This document shows, piece by piece, positions 1-9,237 of a stretch of DNA of 32,000 nucleotides. The stretch comes from Escherichia coli (GTDB taxonomy: Bacteria > Pseudomonadota > Gammaproteobacteria > Enterobacterales > Enterobacteriaceae), in NCBI RefSeq assembly GCF_020091645.1, contig NZ_CP083585.1; one strand, written 5' to 3'. Under the pieces are notes generated by a model. The model was given only the letters and a program-made list of their open reading frames with translations, had not been told where the DNA came from and ran no database searches. The number at the start of each line of letters is the position of its first letter. The first letter of the stretch is position 1. A program made the position numbers and the translations under genes.

Positions 1-244
1 ATTATGTATTTAACTCACAAAGACAAATTATTAAACCAATCTGTTATATTATATATAGCTGCGTGGAATCATAATATTATATTTTGACTGGCATGTTTAC
101 CAACTTTAAGTTGCATCTCAATGGTTTCTTCAGCGTAAACAGAGTTTTTATACAAACTGACACTCTGGGTATCATAGTGTAGTTTTTACGATTGTAAATA
201 TCCTGCATGCAGGAACTCATCCTTTTGGATGATATCGCATACAA

Positions 245-1204
245 TTAATTTACCATCAGTCTTAGAGCCAGTTCGTCCGGATAGGGATCGAAGTAATTCT
301 GTGTAAGCAAGTAATCATTAGGATACTCACCCAGATAATGCTTCAGCAGAGTCAACGGCGCAAGAAGAGGTAATGTGCCAGAACGATAGTTAAGTATAAC
401 CTCGCTCAACTCTTTACGCTGGCGTGTACTTAAGTAGTTACTAAAATACCCCTGTATATGCATCAGCACATTCGTGTGATTTTTACGTGATGCAGGTTTT
501 CTGAGAATCGCCATCAGCTTATCACGATACACCTCAAAGTATGATTCAAGGTCCGCCCACTCGTGTATTGCAGCCACAAATGGCCCCATATCTTTATAGC
601 CTGCCTGACTATGCGCCAACAACTGAAGCTTATAACGACTATGAAAAGCTAATAACTCTCTTCTTGATAATTTCTCCTTGTAAAGGTGATTGAGCTCATG
701 CAAAGCAAAAACTCTTTCAACAAAATTCTCACGAAGCACTGGATCATGTAATCGCCCATCCTCTTCAACCGGTAGCCAGGAAAACTTTTCCATCAAAGTG
801 CTCGTAAATAGTCCCACTCCATCTTTACGACCTCGATTACCATTTTCATCATAGACACGCACGCGCTCCATGCCACAGCTGGGAGATTTAGCACAAACCA
901 CAAATCCCGATACATCCTTTAATTTGTCCATATAAGAACGACTAAACTCTGTCATTCTCTCTGTCACATCCTCATTCTGGTCGTGGCTGAAACACATCCG
1001 TATATTTCCTTGCGTCGAGCGCACAAGACGTAGAGCAGGACGCGGAACTGGCAGCCCTATAGCCATTTCTGGACATACTGGTCTGAATGTTACCCATTCC
1101 ACTAATTTGTCCATTAAAAAGTCAGCTCTTTTGTGACCACCATCAAAACGAACAGCAGAACCGGCCAAACAACCGCTGATTCCAATCACAGGTTTTTTTA
1201 TCAT
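245..1204 (-). CDS. DUF523 + DUF1722 domain protein, YbgA-like
   Basis: 319-aa ORF; N-terminal GISGCLAG...RFDGGHK, CPEMAIGLPVPR, and SPSCG motifs typical of DUF523; C-terminal HELNHLYKEKLSRRELLAFHSRYKLQLLAHS typical of DUF1722/YbgA. Confidence 0.88.
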   Translation of the reverse strand: MIKKPVIGISGCLAGSAVRFDGGHKRADFLMDKLVEWVTFRPVCPEMAIGLPVPRPALRLVRSTQGNIRMCFSHDQNEDVTERMTEFSRSYMDKLKDVSGFVVCAKSPSCGMERVRVYDENGNRGRKDGVGLFTSTLMEKFSWLPVEEDGRLHDPVLRENFVERVFALHELNHLYKEKLSRRELLAFHSRYKLQLLAHSQAGYKDMGPFVAAIHEWADLESYFEVYRDKLMAILRKPASRKNHTNVLMHIQGYFSNYLSTRQRKELSEVILNYRSGTLPLLAPLTLLKHYLGEYPNDYLLTQNYFDPYPDELALRLMVN

Positions 1205-1396
1205 ATTCTCCCCCTTGACTAATTCATTAACACATAAACTGTGTAGTGCACGGAATAAATTGCCTTTCTGGCGTCATCACTGACAATTTTTCTGTTATGG
1301 ACTATTCCTAATATAGTATGAAAGTTCTTTAAGTGATCGGTCGTAATCATCTATCTTTCATACTTACTCTCAACTATCAAAAGTACAGGATTTATT

Positions 1397-1921
1397 ATGA
1401 AGTTATGGCCTGTGTTGACTGGCATTGCACTCTCTTTCACTCTTATAGCATGTAAGGCCCCGACACCACCTAAAGGTGTGCAGCCGATTACAAATTTTGA
1501 CGCCAACCGCTACCTCGGAAAATGGTATGAAATAGCTCGCCTCGAGAACCGGTTCGAACGTGGTCTGGAACAGGTCAGCGCTACTTATGGAAAACGGAAC
1601 GACGGAGGGATTCGTGTACTTAACCGTGGATACGATCCAACGAAAAATAAATGGAGCGAGAGCGAAGGTAAAGCATACTTTACTGGAGATACTAAAACTG
1701 CAGCGTTGAAGGTTTCGTTTTTTGGCCCCTTCTATGGTGGCTATAATGTAATCAAACTGGATGATGAGTATAAGTATGCTCTTGTCAGTGGTCCGAACAG
1801 AGAATACCTATGGATTCTGGCAAGGACCCCAACTATTCCAGATAAAGTAAAAGCAGACTATGTGCGAACCGCTCAAAAGTTGGGATTCAATGTCAATGAA
1901 TTATTATGGGTTAAACAATAA
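1397..1921 (+). CDS. blc: Outer-membrane lipoprotein, bacterial lipocalin (Blc-like)
   Basis: 174 aa; lipobox LIAC; lipocalin motif NRYLGKWYEIARLENRFERG; GKAYFTG...AALKVSFFGPFYGGYNVI matches Blc, though diverged from the K-12 chromosomal copy. Confidence 0.88.
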   Translation: MKLWPVLTGIALSFTLIACKAPTPPKGVQPITNFDANRYLGKWYEIARLENRFERGLEQVSATYGKRNDGGIRVLNRGYDPTKNKWSESEGKAYFTGDTKTAALKVSFFGPFYGGYNVIKLDDEYKYALVSGPNREYLWILARTPTIPDKVKADYVRTAQKLGFNVNELLWVKQ

Positions 1922-1955
1922 AATCCCTACTCGAAATAATACTTATTAGAAAAAA

Positions 1956-1975
1956 CCAGCCTTTGGGGAGGCTGG
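1956..1975 (-). terminator. Rho-independent terminator for minus-strand transcription
   Basis: Minus strand reads CCAGCC-TCCCCAAA-GGCTGG followed by TTTTTTC. Confidence 0.65.
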
Positions 1976-2075
1976 CTAAATCAGGAAACAAGCTGTTATA
2001 TGATAATAACTACGTTGCGATTCCAACATTTAAAATGTTAGACTAATGACAATCAGACAGCAACTTTTCCTTTAA

Positions 2076-2453
2076 TTATTTCGAACAATCAGCATCCATC
2101 TCCAATCGGAGATCCAACACCATCAGCATACCCTCCACTACGCCCTCAGCTTTCTGGAGCATCCTGCCAACCCAACAATCAGATCGCCCATGCTTACGTG
2201 CAAGCGCCATAAAAGTCATGCCGCCGACATAATAGTCCACCAATAAATCATGCAAATCGCTGTTGTTCTTTTTCAGACGGGCCATGCACCCGCAAATGAT
2301 CATCGCGTCATCGTCACAACATTGTGGGCGAGATTTTACTTTTGAAGGAATTAATCCCTTAAAACCGGCGGCAATGGACGACCAGGTCACATCTTCATGA
2401 TTATTAGCCGCCCACGCTCCCCAACGCTCAAGAACCATCTGAATATCACGCAT
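2076..2453 (-). CDS. quuD: Prophage antitermination protein Q (DLP12 QuuD type)
   Basis: [35 protein letters not shown]... closely matches recalled DLP12 QuuD; sits downstream of rusA/ylcG as in DLP12. Confidence 0.85.
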   Translation of the reverse strand: MRDIQMVLERWGAWAANNHEDVTWSSIAAGFKGLIPSKVKSRPQCCDDDAMIICGCMARLKKNNSDLHDLLVDYYVGGMTFMALARKHGRSDCWVGRMLQKAEGVVEGMLMVLDLRLEMDADCSK

Positions 2454-2538
2454 CAACTTACTCCACAAAACTCAGACCAGAACGCCAATTACAAGCAAAA
2501 ATCAACAAAACAGTATTAGTTGATTGTTATCTCTGACT

Positions 2539-2679
2539 TCATACTCCTGCTCCTGTCAGTGTTTTGGCGTAATTCTTCAGTATTCGGTAATCGGTCAAAA
2601 CAGAACCGGGGAAACGATATAAGCGCAGACGCCCCCAGCGGTGGCGAAGAAGTTCTGCCATATTAAACTCAAACATCAT
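2539..2679 (-). CDS. ylcG: Small DLP12-type protein YlcG
   Basis: Translated by hand: [46 protein letters not shown] (46 aa); matches recalled YlcG; absent from the supplied ORF track. Confidence 0.85.
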   Translation of the reverse strand: MMFEFNMAELLRHRWGRLRLYRFPGSVLTDYRILKNYAKTLTGAGV

Positions 2680-3038
2680 TCATTCCCCATTTCGGTGATG
2701 GTCAGTTCCAGCCTCCCACCTTTGGTAACAGGCATCTTCACAACGCGGTAATCAACGACCTGAGCATCATCCAGCCAGAAACCTGCTTTAGTGAGTGCGT
2801 CAAAAGCGGCTTTTTGCAGATTATCCAGGTCACGGCGACGGCGATCCGGCATGTGGCACTCAATGCGGATTTTCACAGGCATAGCCAGGCCGATATCCAG
2901 CATTGCGTTTTTAATGATTCGGGCGACGTTATCGCGGTATGCCTGCCCCTCTGCGCTGACGTGCGTGCGCCCGCGATTATGGCGGTAATAGCGATTATTG
3001 CTCGGAGGCCAGGGTAATGTGATGCTGTAGGTATTCAC
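2676..3038 (-). CDS. rusA: Crossover junction endodeoxyribonuclease RusA
   Basis: 120 aa [38 protein letters not shown]...; essentially RusA. Confidence 0.95.
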   Translation of the reverse strand: MNTYSITLPWPPSNNRYYRHNRGRTHVSAEGQAYRDNVARIIKNAMLDIGLAMPVKIRIECHMPDRRRRDLDNLQKAAFDALTKAGFWLDDAQVVDYRVVKMPVTKGGRLELTITEMGNE

Positions 3039-3325
3039 GCCTTAATAACCCCCTCTTTCAGCCAGATAACCTGTGTTCTCGCCATACCTTCCAGCGCGCA
3101 TTCTTTTGCATACTCAGCATCGACAAAATGTGTGCGGCGGTCGATTTCGTCGTGACAGGCAGAACATGCGATGGTGGCAATCAGGTCTGGCGGTTTGATA
3201 CCGGTGCCGCACAATCCAGCCAGCCGGATATGTGCCAGTACAGACGTTTCAGGGTTGCCATTACATACGCCAGGGATTCTTACCTGGCATTCCCGACCAC
3301 GCGCTGCTTTTCTCAAATCAGCCAT
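3035..3325 (-). CDS. ybcO: DUF1364 putative nuclease YbcO
   Basis: [34 protein letters not shown]...[13 protein letters not shown] (96 aa); matches YbcO. Confidence 0.9.
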   Translation of the reverse strand: MADLRKAARGRECQVRIPGVCNGNPETSVLAHIRLAGLCGTGIKPPDLIATIACSACHDEIDRRTHFVDAEYAKECALEGMARTQVIWLKEGVIKA

Positions 3326-3488
3326 GATTCCTCCTTGCTGCCAGTCGCAACCATTTTTTATCAACCAGGCTAGCGGTATATCCGAGCAGTGTTGGTATTT
3401 CGGATGGCTTCAGCTCAGGCTTACGCTTACGACGATTTGATACTCTGTAGATGTGTCCGTTCATGACACGAATAAGCGGTGTAGCCAT
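3318..3488 (-). CDS. ninE: NinE family protein
   Basis: Translated by hand: [56 protein letters not shown] (56 aa); recognised as NinE; not in the supplied track. Confidence 0.88.
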   Translation of the reverse strand: MATPLIRVMNGHIYRVSNRRKRKPELKPSEIPTLLGYTASLVDKKWLRLAARRNHG

Positions 3489-3943
3489 TACGCCTCCTGC
3501 TTGTCGCGGAGCAGCTGGAACTCGCAGCTCTGCGGAATAGTCAGGTGGCAGCCAATATTCACCGCCCAGGCTTCAACCTTACACAGGAAGACATACATCT
3601 CTCCGGTATCAAGATCGGAGGTATGGCGTAACGACTGGATAGTGGTGATATCACCGGTTACGACATCAACCAGGTCTTTGGTTTCATAACCGAGATATGT
3701 GTGTTTGAGAGCATCTTTTACCCAAGCTGGAGTAGCGAACGTTTTACCCCTGCTGATGAGGTATTCACTGATTTCGCTGTACCACATGTGGCTGAGTGCA
3801 TTCTGGGAAAGACTGCGTTTCTCACGCCACGGTTTAAGCACCATGCGAAAGCATTTGCCCTCCTCCAGATAAGGCTGGATCTGCCGACCGATAGCGGTGA
3901 AGTTACCGCGATGTAATTTGATGCCATCTTGTGGGAGATTCAC
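3488..3943 (-). CDS. ybcN: YbcN family DNA-binding protein (NinB-like)
   Basis: 151-aa ORF with GTG start overlapping ylcH; position and sequence match DLP12 YbcN. Confidence 0.8.
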   Translation of the reverse strand: MNLPQDGIKLHRGNFTAIGRQIQPYLEEGKCFRMVLKPWREKRSLSQNALSHMWYSEISEYLISRGKTFATPAWVKDALKHTYLGYETKDLVDVVTGDITTIQSLRHTSDLDTGEMYVFLCKVEAWAVNIGCHLTIPQSCEFQLLRDKQEA

Positions 3944-4041
3944 GCTTCACCTCCGCAGAGGTCAAACGCTGGATACAATATATCGCAGGTGCATTTCTGC
4001 ATCTGTGGAGGGAGAAGAGAGTTTGGATTGTGTGTGCGCAT
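3940..4041 (-). CDS. ylcH: Small DLP12-type protein YlcH-like
   Basis: 33-aa [36 protein letters not shown] whose stop overlaps the ybcN start; position and length as DLP12 ylcH. Confidence 0.55.
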   Translation of the reverse strand: MRTHNPNSLLPPQMQKCTCDILYPAFDLCGGEA

Positions 4042-4130
4042 AAACGTCCCCGTTTAGCGCAGAAGTCACCGGAGTTGTTCAGGCTCCGATGACATGATTA
4101 TGGCGAGTTGATTATCGCAAATCAAAGGTT

Positions 4131-4487
4131 TTAATTGTGCTTTATTCCTTCAAGCGTTGCCTTCATACCAACCAAAGAAATGTTTAGCTCTCCAACTTTC
4201 TCAGGGCTATATAATTCAGAATGAAGCCAATATTCTGATTTATCTAAACATCTTTTAGCCAGCTCTCGATCAAAGTCTACGACTTGGGAAGACGCTTCAT
4301 ACCAAAGCCTATAAAGTTTTTCTTCTTCGTTTGGGTTATTAGGCTCACCACGTTTTAATTTTTCAGTATATAAAATTGTTGAATAAATCGCAGGAGTTAA
4401 TCCAGTGATTGCCCTCTGCCGCAGATCGGATTTGTTTGTTATCCACCCCAACAGACGATCTCCCATCCATGTGATAATTGTATCCAT
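4131..4487 (-). CDS. Hypothetical protein, 118 aa
   Basis: Intact ORF in the variable slot between ybcK and ylcH; no family recognised. Confidence 0.55.
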   Translation of the reverse strand: MDTIITWMGDRLLGWITNKSDLRQRAITGLTPAIYSTILYTEKLKRGEPNNPNEEEKLYRLWYEASSQVVDFDRELAKRCLDKSEYWLHSELYSPEKVGELNISLVGMKATLEGIKHN

Positions 4488-4948
4488 GCTTTAGCCCTTC
4501 TTAGTAAATAGTGTGTAGGGCGACTGAAGGACCGAGTTTATGCTTTTTCGCATTGCTTTCAGTTAGTACACCGGTATCGCACCGGAAACAATCCTACGGC
4601 AAATTGGTTGTCTGACCTCTCGGTTTTTCGTGCATTAACCGATACCCACTACAGTCTCGGCGAAAGCTGCACACCCCCAGGGTGTACTGGTAGCACTCGG
4701 CACAGCCTAGCACGCCACTTTCTTCTCACTATCCAGTCTAATTTTATCCCCTAGTCAGACACTCAGATGTAGTGCTCCGCAGCGGCATGCGGGGGAATAC
4801 AAAAACTCGGACAAAATTGGGCCCTCCTTTTTGAATCACTCGCGGGGATGTAGTTATTAATACATGGAAAAAGATCTGTTTTCAAATCCAACATTATATG
4901 GTTTCAATACCACGGGGTGGCTATGTGTTTCTCATTGTTAATTGGAAT

Positions 4949-5272
4949 CTACTGTAATCGATCCGAACGTAAATGCGGCAAAACTCGACTCCACTTATCA
5001 TCCTGCCACGGCCGGAATTTTACATGTGCCGTTTCTCTGGCAAGGATTGCCTGTGCCTTATTGAGTATCTGGGGATATTCTTGCTCGATAGAAGTGAAGC
5101 GACCAGCTTCACGATGCTCCGCAACCTGAAGAAGAGGAGTAACGTTCTGGTAGGTAATTAACATCACATTCCCTGCTCGCCATAACCAGGCGAGTGTGCA
5201 AAGTTCGTTATCAGTGAATTGTTTTGTGATTGGGTATTGTTGAACTGCTAGAACGAGAACGCCAGCATCCAT
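4949..5272 (-). CDS. Hypothetical protein, about 107 aa
   Basis: Intact ORF on the same strand as its neighbours; no family recognised. Confidence 0.45.
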   Translation of the reverse strand: MDAGVLVLAVQQYPITKQFTDNELCTLAWLWRAGNVMLITYQNVTPLLQVAEHREAGRFTSIEQEYPQILNKAQAILARETAHVKFRPWQDDKWSRVLPHLRSDRLQ

Positions 5273-5383
5273 TGGCAGTCTCTATAGTAAAACCATAGCT
5301 CAGGACGCTTCGTTCAGGATAGATAATTTTATTGTACTTACCTAACTTTCTTATTATAGCACGGTTGAAAAAGTGATTATTAC

Positions 5384-6910
5384 TCAAAAATAAACCTCAC
5401 CATCAACCATATATTTGAGAGTACTTATCGCCTGCTGGGCGGATATTGTTTTCATTAAAGGATAGTGTTTAAAAACAATGCCATTCATAAAATAGATATC
5501 ACAGGTTTTATTATCTGTATTGATTATGATTTTTTCGAATGTTTTATAGGCAAGTGTACGACATAGCTCTCGCCCATTTTTACTGGTTAAGTCAATAGCA
5601 TGAAAATCACCAAGTGAACTCACCGCTTTACTCTTCAAAGTTTTTAATGATACAGAAGCCCTTCGTAATTCCTTATCTAATACTCTGATTTTTTCTGCTA
5701 TAGCGGTAACTTCAGGCGCAACAGATAATGCAGCAATTAAATTATTAATTTTCATCTGGAGCTCAATAATTTTCAACTCTAAAGTTTCATTAGCATCTTT
5801 CTTGTTTTCAACTGGTTGGATTTTACTACAATTAAAAAGCAACTCATTAATGATATTATAATCAACCAAATCTCTCTTTATTGATGGCCTGTCACATCGA
5901 TGCAGTCTTCTCATCGGACAAACATAATAGCCATGCAAACTTCCAGATACCGCATGAACAATCATGGTATTACCACAAGCCTCGCACTTCATAACTGTTC
6001 GAAGTAGATTTATCAACATAGGATTTTTGCTACTATTGCTAATACCAAAAGGTGCCAACCGAATTTCCTGTACAGCGTAAAACAAATCATCTGATATGAC
6101 TCTGGGATAATAGCCAGCGATTTCACTTATTCCTTTACCTCTTGCACGATATGAAGGTACGCATATACCTATCAGAGCTTTATTCGCTAATAATTTTTCA
6201 ATTACAGAAGGTCCCCATGCACTTTCTTTTCCTGAGAAATTCTTTACAGCATGATCATTTAAATACTTGGCTATTGCATTCAATGAGCGCCTTTCCATCC
6301 TGAGTTTAAAAATTAGCTCAATAGTTTTCACCCTGTCGGGGTCTGGAACAAAAGCCGTTCTTTTGTCATCTAAGGAGAGCCATCTCGGACAAGACGCCGT
6401 CATAATCGTACCTGATTCCAGTGCATCCTGCCGTTTTTTCTTCCATGATAATTTAACCCGACTTGACTTTATCTCGCTTTCTTCATTTGCCCTTTGTGCT
6501 ATAAGTATGGCTTTTATTAATGAATATGGCTCATTCAAAGAGTCAATATTATAGACTGTATTGTCGCAAAGAGTTATAACATCAATACCGTGATTCAAAA
6601 TCAATTTCAGACGTTCAATCGCTTCACCGACTTTTTCTCTTGAAAGTCTGTCCAGACTTTCAACTAACAATGTAGTTCCTGGCAATATATAACCATGCTC
6701 TATAGCATCTAAAAATTCCGAAAAAGCTCCTGATTGTGCATGCTTTCCTTTGAATGCACTTAATCCTAAATCTTCATATGTTATGGTATCAAGATAATAA
6801 TCACTATTTACCTTTAACCATTCAGCAATAAGTCTTCTCTGTCGGTTTAATGAGTCGCCAGACATCTGACCTGGTGATGAAAATCGCATATATGCTATGG
6901 CTTTTTTCAT
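5384..6910 (-). CDS. ybcK: Large serine recombinase-like protein YbcK
   Basis: 508 aa; N-terminal resolvase domain (AYMRFSSPGQMSGDSLNRQ...VESLDRLSREKV), zinc-ribbon CEACGNT...CPMRRLHRC, coiled-coil; matches DLP12 YbcK. Confidence 0.9.
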   Translation of the reverse strand: MKKAIAYMRFSSPGQMSGDSLNRQRRLIAEWLKVNSDYYLDTITYEDLGLSAFKGKHAQSGAFSEFLDAIEHGYILPGTTLLVESLDRLSREKVGEAIERLKLILNHGIDVITLCDNTVYNIDSLNEPYSLIKAILIAQRANEESEIKSSRVKLSWKKKRQDALESGTIMTASCPRWLSLDDKRTAFVPDPDRVKTIELIFKLRMERRSLNAIAKYLNDHAVKNFSGKESAWGPSVIEKLLANKALIGICVPSYRARGKGISEIAGYYPRVISDDLFYAVQEIRLAPFGISNSSKNPMLINLLRTVMKCEACGNTMIVHAVSGSLHGYYVCPMRRLHRCDRPSIKRDLVDYNIINELLFNCSKIQPVENKKDANETLELKIIELQMKINNLIAALSVAPEVTAIAEKIRVLDKELRRASVSLKTLKSKAVSSLGDFHAIDLTSKNGRELCRTLAYKTFEKIIINTDNKTCDIYFMNGIVFKHYPLMKTISAQQAISTLKYMVDGEVYF

Positions 6911-7110
6911 GGTGACACCTGCTAACGTATGCTTTTATAAACCTTAGTGGTGGGATATAATTTTTGTTTAATTTTTATTTAAAAAGACAATTAAGGTCAC
7001 ATTATCTTGAATATACAACAATAATCGTATTGCAATTTTCTTACGCCATAATCTTGAAAGCACAAAAGAATACATAAAAAAATAAAGACATTAACAAAAA
7101 GCATAAAACG

Positions 7111-7136
7111 AGGCTCATATAAATATAAGAGCCTCC
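7111..7136 (-). terminator. Rho-independent terminator downstream of emrE
   Basis: Minus strand GAGGCTC-N12-GAGCCTC followed by GTTTTAT, 30 bp downstream of the emrE stop. Confidence 0.65.
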
Positions 7137-7166
7137 ATATTTTAGTCGTTTAGAAACAAATTATTT

Positions 7167-7499
7167 TTAATGTGGTGTGCTTCGTGACAATAAATTAATA
7201 ACCAACACACCGGCACAAATCAACATCATGCCTATAATGGCTGGCAGGTCCAGCCGTTGGCCGAAAAGTCCCCATGACAGTAAGCTAATCAGGACAATAC
7301 CGACTCCTGACCAGATAGCATAAGCAATCCCTGTAGGAATATAAGCCAGCGTCTGAGCTAATAACCAGAATGATGCACAATAACAAATAATTGTACCAAC
7401 AGATGGCCATAACCGTGTAAAACCTTCTGAAAACTTCATTAAGGTTGTACCAATGACCTCTGCAAGTATTGCACCACCAAGATAAATATAAGGGTTCAT
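7167..7499 (-). CDS. emrE: Small multidrug resistance transporter EmrE
   Basis: MNPYIYLGGAILAEVIGTTLMKFSEGFTRLWPSVGTIICYCASFWLLAQTLAYIPTGIAYAIWSG... (110 aa); essentially EmrE. Confidence 0.95.
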   Translation of the reverse strand: MNPYIYLGGAILAEVIGTTLMKFSEGFTRLWPSVGTIICYCASFWLLAQTLAYIPTGIAYAIWSGVGIVLISLLSWGLFGQRLDLPAIIGMMLICAGVLVINLLSRSTPH

Positions 7500-7566
7500 A
7501 GAATATTCTTTCCTGTTCAAACTGGAGAGAATTGTACTACAGTTTGAACTCAACTCACCTGTTTCA

Positions 7567-7869
7567 TCATTGTGTACCCATTGATGTTCTTTTATATACC
7601 CTCAATACCCGTTTCATCGCGGCACTCTGGCGACACTCCTTAAAAATCAGATTCGTGCTCACCTTTCCTTCCCGTTCTTCTCTGGTAGCAAACCGGTAAT
7701 ACACCGTTCGCCAGACCTTACCTTCGATAACCAGAAGACCTGCCCGTGCCATTTTAGCCGCAGCCTGATTTATGCTGGTTACCGTTGCGCCTGTTACCGC
7801 GGCAACGTCCTGCGCACAGAATTTCTTATGAGTCCCCAGGTAATGAATAATTGCCTCTTTGCCCGTCAT
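7567..7869 (-). CDS. ren: Ren-like protein
   Basis: MTGKEAIIHYLGTHKKFCAQDVAAVTGATVTSINQAAAKMARAGLLVIEGKVWRTVYYRFA...; directly downstream of P. Confidence 0.88.
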   Translation of the reverse strand: MTGKEAIIHYLGTHKKFCAQDVAAVTGATVTSINQAAAKMARAGLLVIEGKVWRTVYYRFATREEREGKVSTNLIFKECRQSAAMKRVLRVYKRTSMGTQ

Positions 7870-8567
7870 ACCCTTGCTCCTTTCAGCCCAAACTTAGCTT
7901 TGATTTCTGCGATCTTCGCCAGAGCCTGTGCACGATTTAGAGGTCTACCGCCCATGACAGGAAGTTGTTTTACTGGTTCAGGTATAGCCTCACCACGGTT
8001 AATTCGTGCGGTCATACAGGACAGTTCATCGGCAGCCTTGCGCCGTAATTCCGCGTCAGTCAACGCATTGGCCCGCATGTTCTGATACAGGTTGGTAACC
8101 AGCCAGTAGTGCGCGTTTGATTTCCACGGATAAGACTCTGCATCCGGATACAGCCCGCGCTTCCGGCAATACTCGTAAACCATATCAACCAGCTCGCTGG
8201 CGTTTGGCAGCCCGGCGGTAACGGATGCTTCTTCCCGGCACCAGGCGACAAACTGCCCGGGTGATGGCAGGAATGGTCGATTCTGCCGACGGGCTACGCG
8301 CATTCCAGCGTTAACCTGTTCCATTGTGGTGATCCCGTTTTCCCGGAAAGCCAGCACCCACTGGCGGCGGATTTCGTTCAGTTCATTCTGGTCACGGTTA
8401 GCCAGGCTCGCCGGGAAAGTTGCCAGTAACTGGCTGAACACACCATTGATGATCTGCGCTACCTGTTGTACCTGCGGCTTTTCGTCGTACTGTTCCGGCA
8501 TGTTGTTGGCGATCCGGCGCATCTGCTCACGGTCAAAGTTAACCATCTGTGCGGCGATGTTTTTCAT
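7866..8567 (-). CDS. P: Replication protein P (lambda type)
   Basis: 233 aa nearly matching lambda P (MKNIAAQMVNFDREQMRRIANNMPEQYDEKPQVQQ...). Confidence 0.93.
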   Translation of the reverse strand: MKNIAAQMVNFDREQMRRIANNMPEQYDEKPQVQQVAQIINGVFSQLLATFPASLANRDQNELNEIRRQWVLAFRENGITTMEQVNAGMRVARRQNRPFLPSPGQFVAWCREEASVTAGLPNASELVDMVYEYCRKRGLYPDAESYPWKSNAHYWLVTNLYQNMRANALTDAELRRKAADELSCMTARINRGEAIPEPVKQLPVMGGRPLNRAQALAKIAEIKAKFGLKGARV

Positions 8568-9237
8568 AAATCCACCCCGTAAATCCAGTCAGTGTTTGTC
8601 AGGTCGAGTTTTGGTTTGCTGGCTATCATGCCTGCCTGTTGCTTGTTACGGTTGATTTCGAGTTGGGTCCACTTGTCGCGGAGTTTGGCCGGACTTAGCA
8701 CGTTACCGGACCAGAAGTTGTCCTGGCATGCCCAGCGGAAAAGCACGCACATGTCGCGGTGGTTACGTCCGTCACGTTCACGCATCAGGCGGATATCGTT
8801 AGCCCACCCTGCAAAATTCGGTTTTCTGGCTGATGGTGCGATGGTCTTCACCATGTCAAACATCCACTCTGCGGCGGTCAGGTCTTCTGCTGTCCCCCAC
8901 TTGCTGCCGCTCTGAATTGCAGCATCTGGTTTCACCACAGGAAGATCGTTTTCTGGTTGGTCAGAGGATTCGCCAGAATTCTCGGACGAAAAAGGTTTTA
9001 TATTGTCTTTTGTTAGTTTGTCTTTTGTGTTTACCTGATTCGGGTAAACGCCTTTACCTGATTTGGGTAAACTTTTCTTACCTGATTCAGGTAAATTTAC
9101 CTCTTTCAGGTAAACTTTATTTTTCTTACCTGATTCGGGTAATGTTGACCATTCACTGACCACATTATTAATACCGATATTCCGCCCGCTCTGAATCAAA
9201 ATCCCACGCTTTACCAGAACACTTTTTGCAGCAGAAC
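8564..9237 (-). pseudogene. O: Replication protein O (lambda type), 5' end lost at the IS903 boundary
   Basis: C-terminal part SSENSGESSDQPENDLPVVKPDAAIQSGSKWGTAEDLTAAEW... matches lambda O; the reading frame stays open upstream (SAAKSVLVKRGILIQSGRN) to the IS end at 9238, with no genuine N-terminus. Confidence 0.85.
9031..9142. repeat. Five iterons inside O, probable replication origin
   Basis: Quasi-palindromic 17-mers TTACCTGATTCGGGTAA at 9031, 9054 (TTACCTGATTTGGGTAA), 9078 (TTACCTGATTCAGGTAA), 9097 (TTACCTCTTTCAGGTAA) and 9126. Confidence 0.85.

Noticed and set aside
1-244. Possible small gene or gene end left of the YbgA-like gene
   Set aside because: Only fragmentary AT-rich frames are visible, none with a clear start and product; cannot be judged without upstream sequence.
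2526-3440. Plus-strand ORFs 2791-2988, 2814-3017, 3128-3373, 3171-3440
   Set aside because: Antisense to rusA, ybcO and ninE, which are confidently identified on the minus strand.
5384-6910. YbcK-like serine recombinase as a new integrase or defence-island recombinase
   Set aside because: It matches DLP12 YbcK in sequence and position (emrE neighbour), so it is a known prophage component.
9031-9142. Regularly spaced short repeats, possible CRISPR array
   Set aside because: Units are only 17 bp, quasi-palindromic, with 2-12 bp spacing, and lie inside the lambda O gene; this is an iteron origin.
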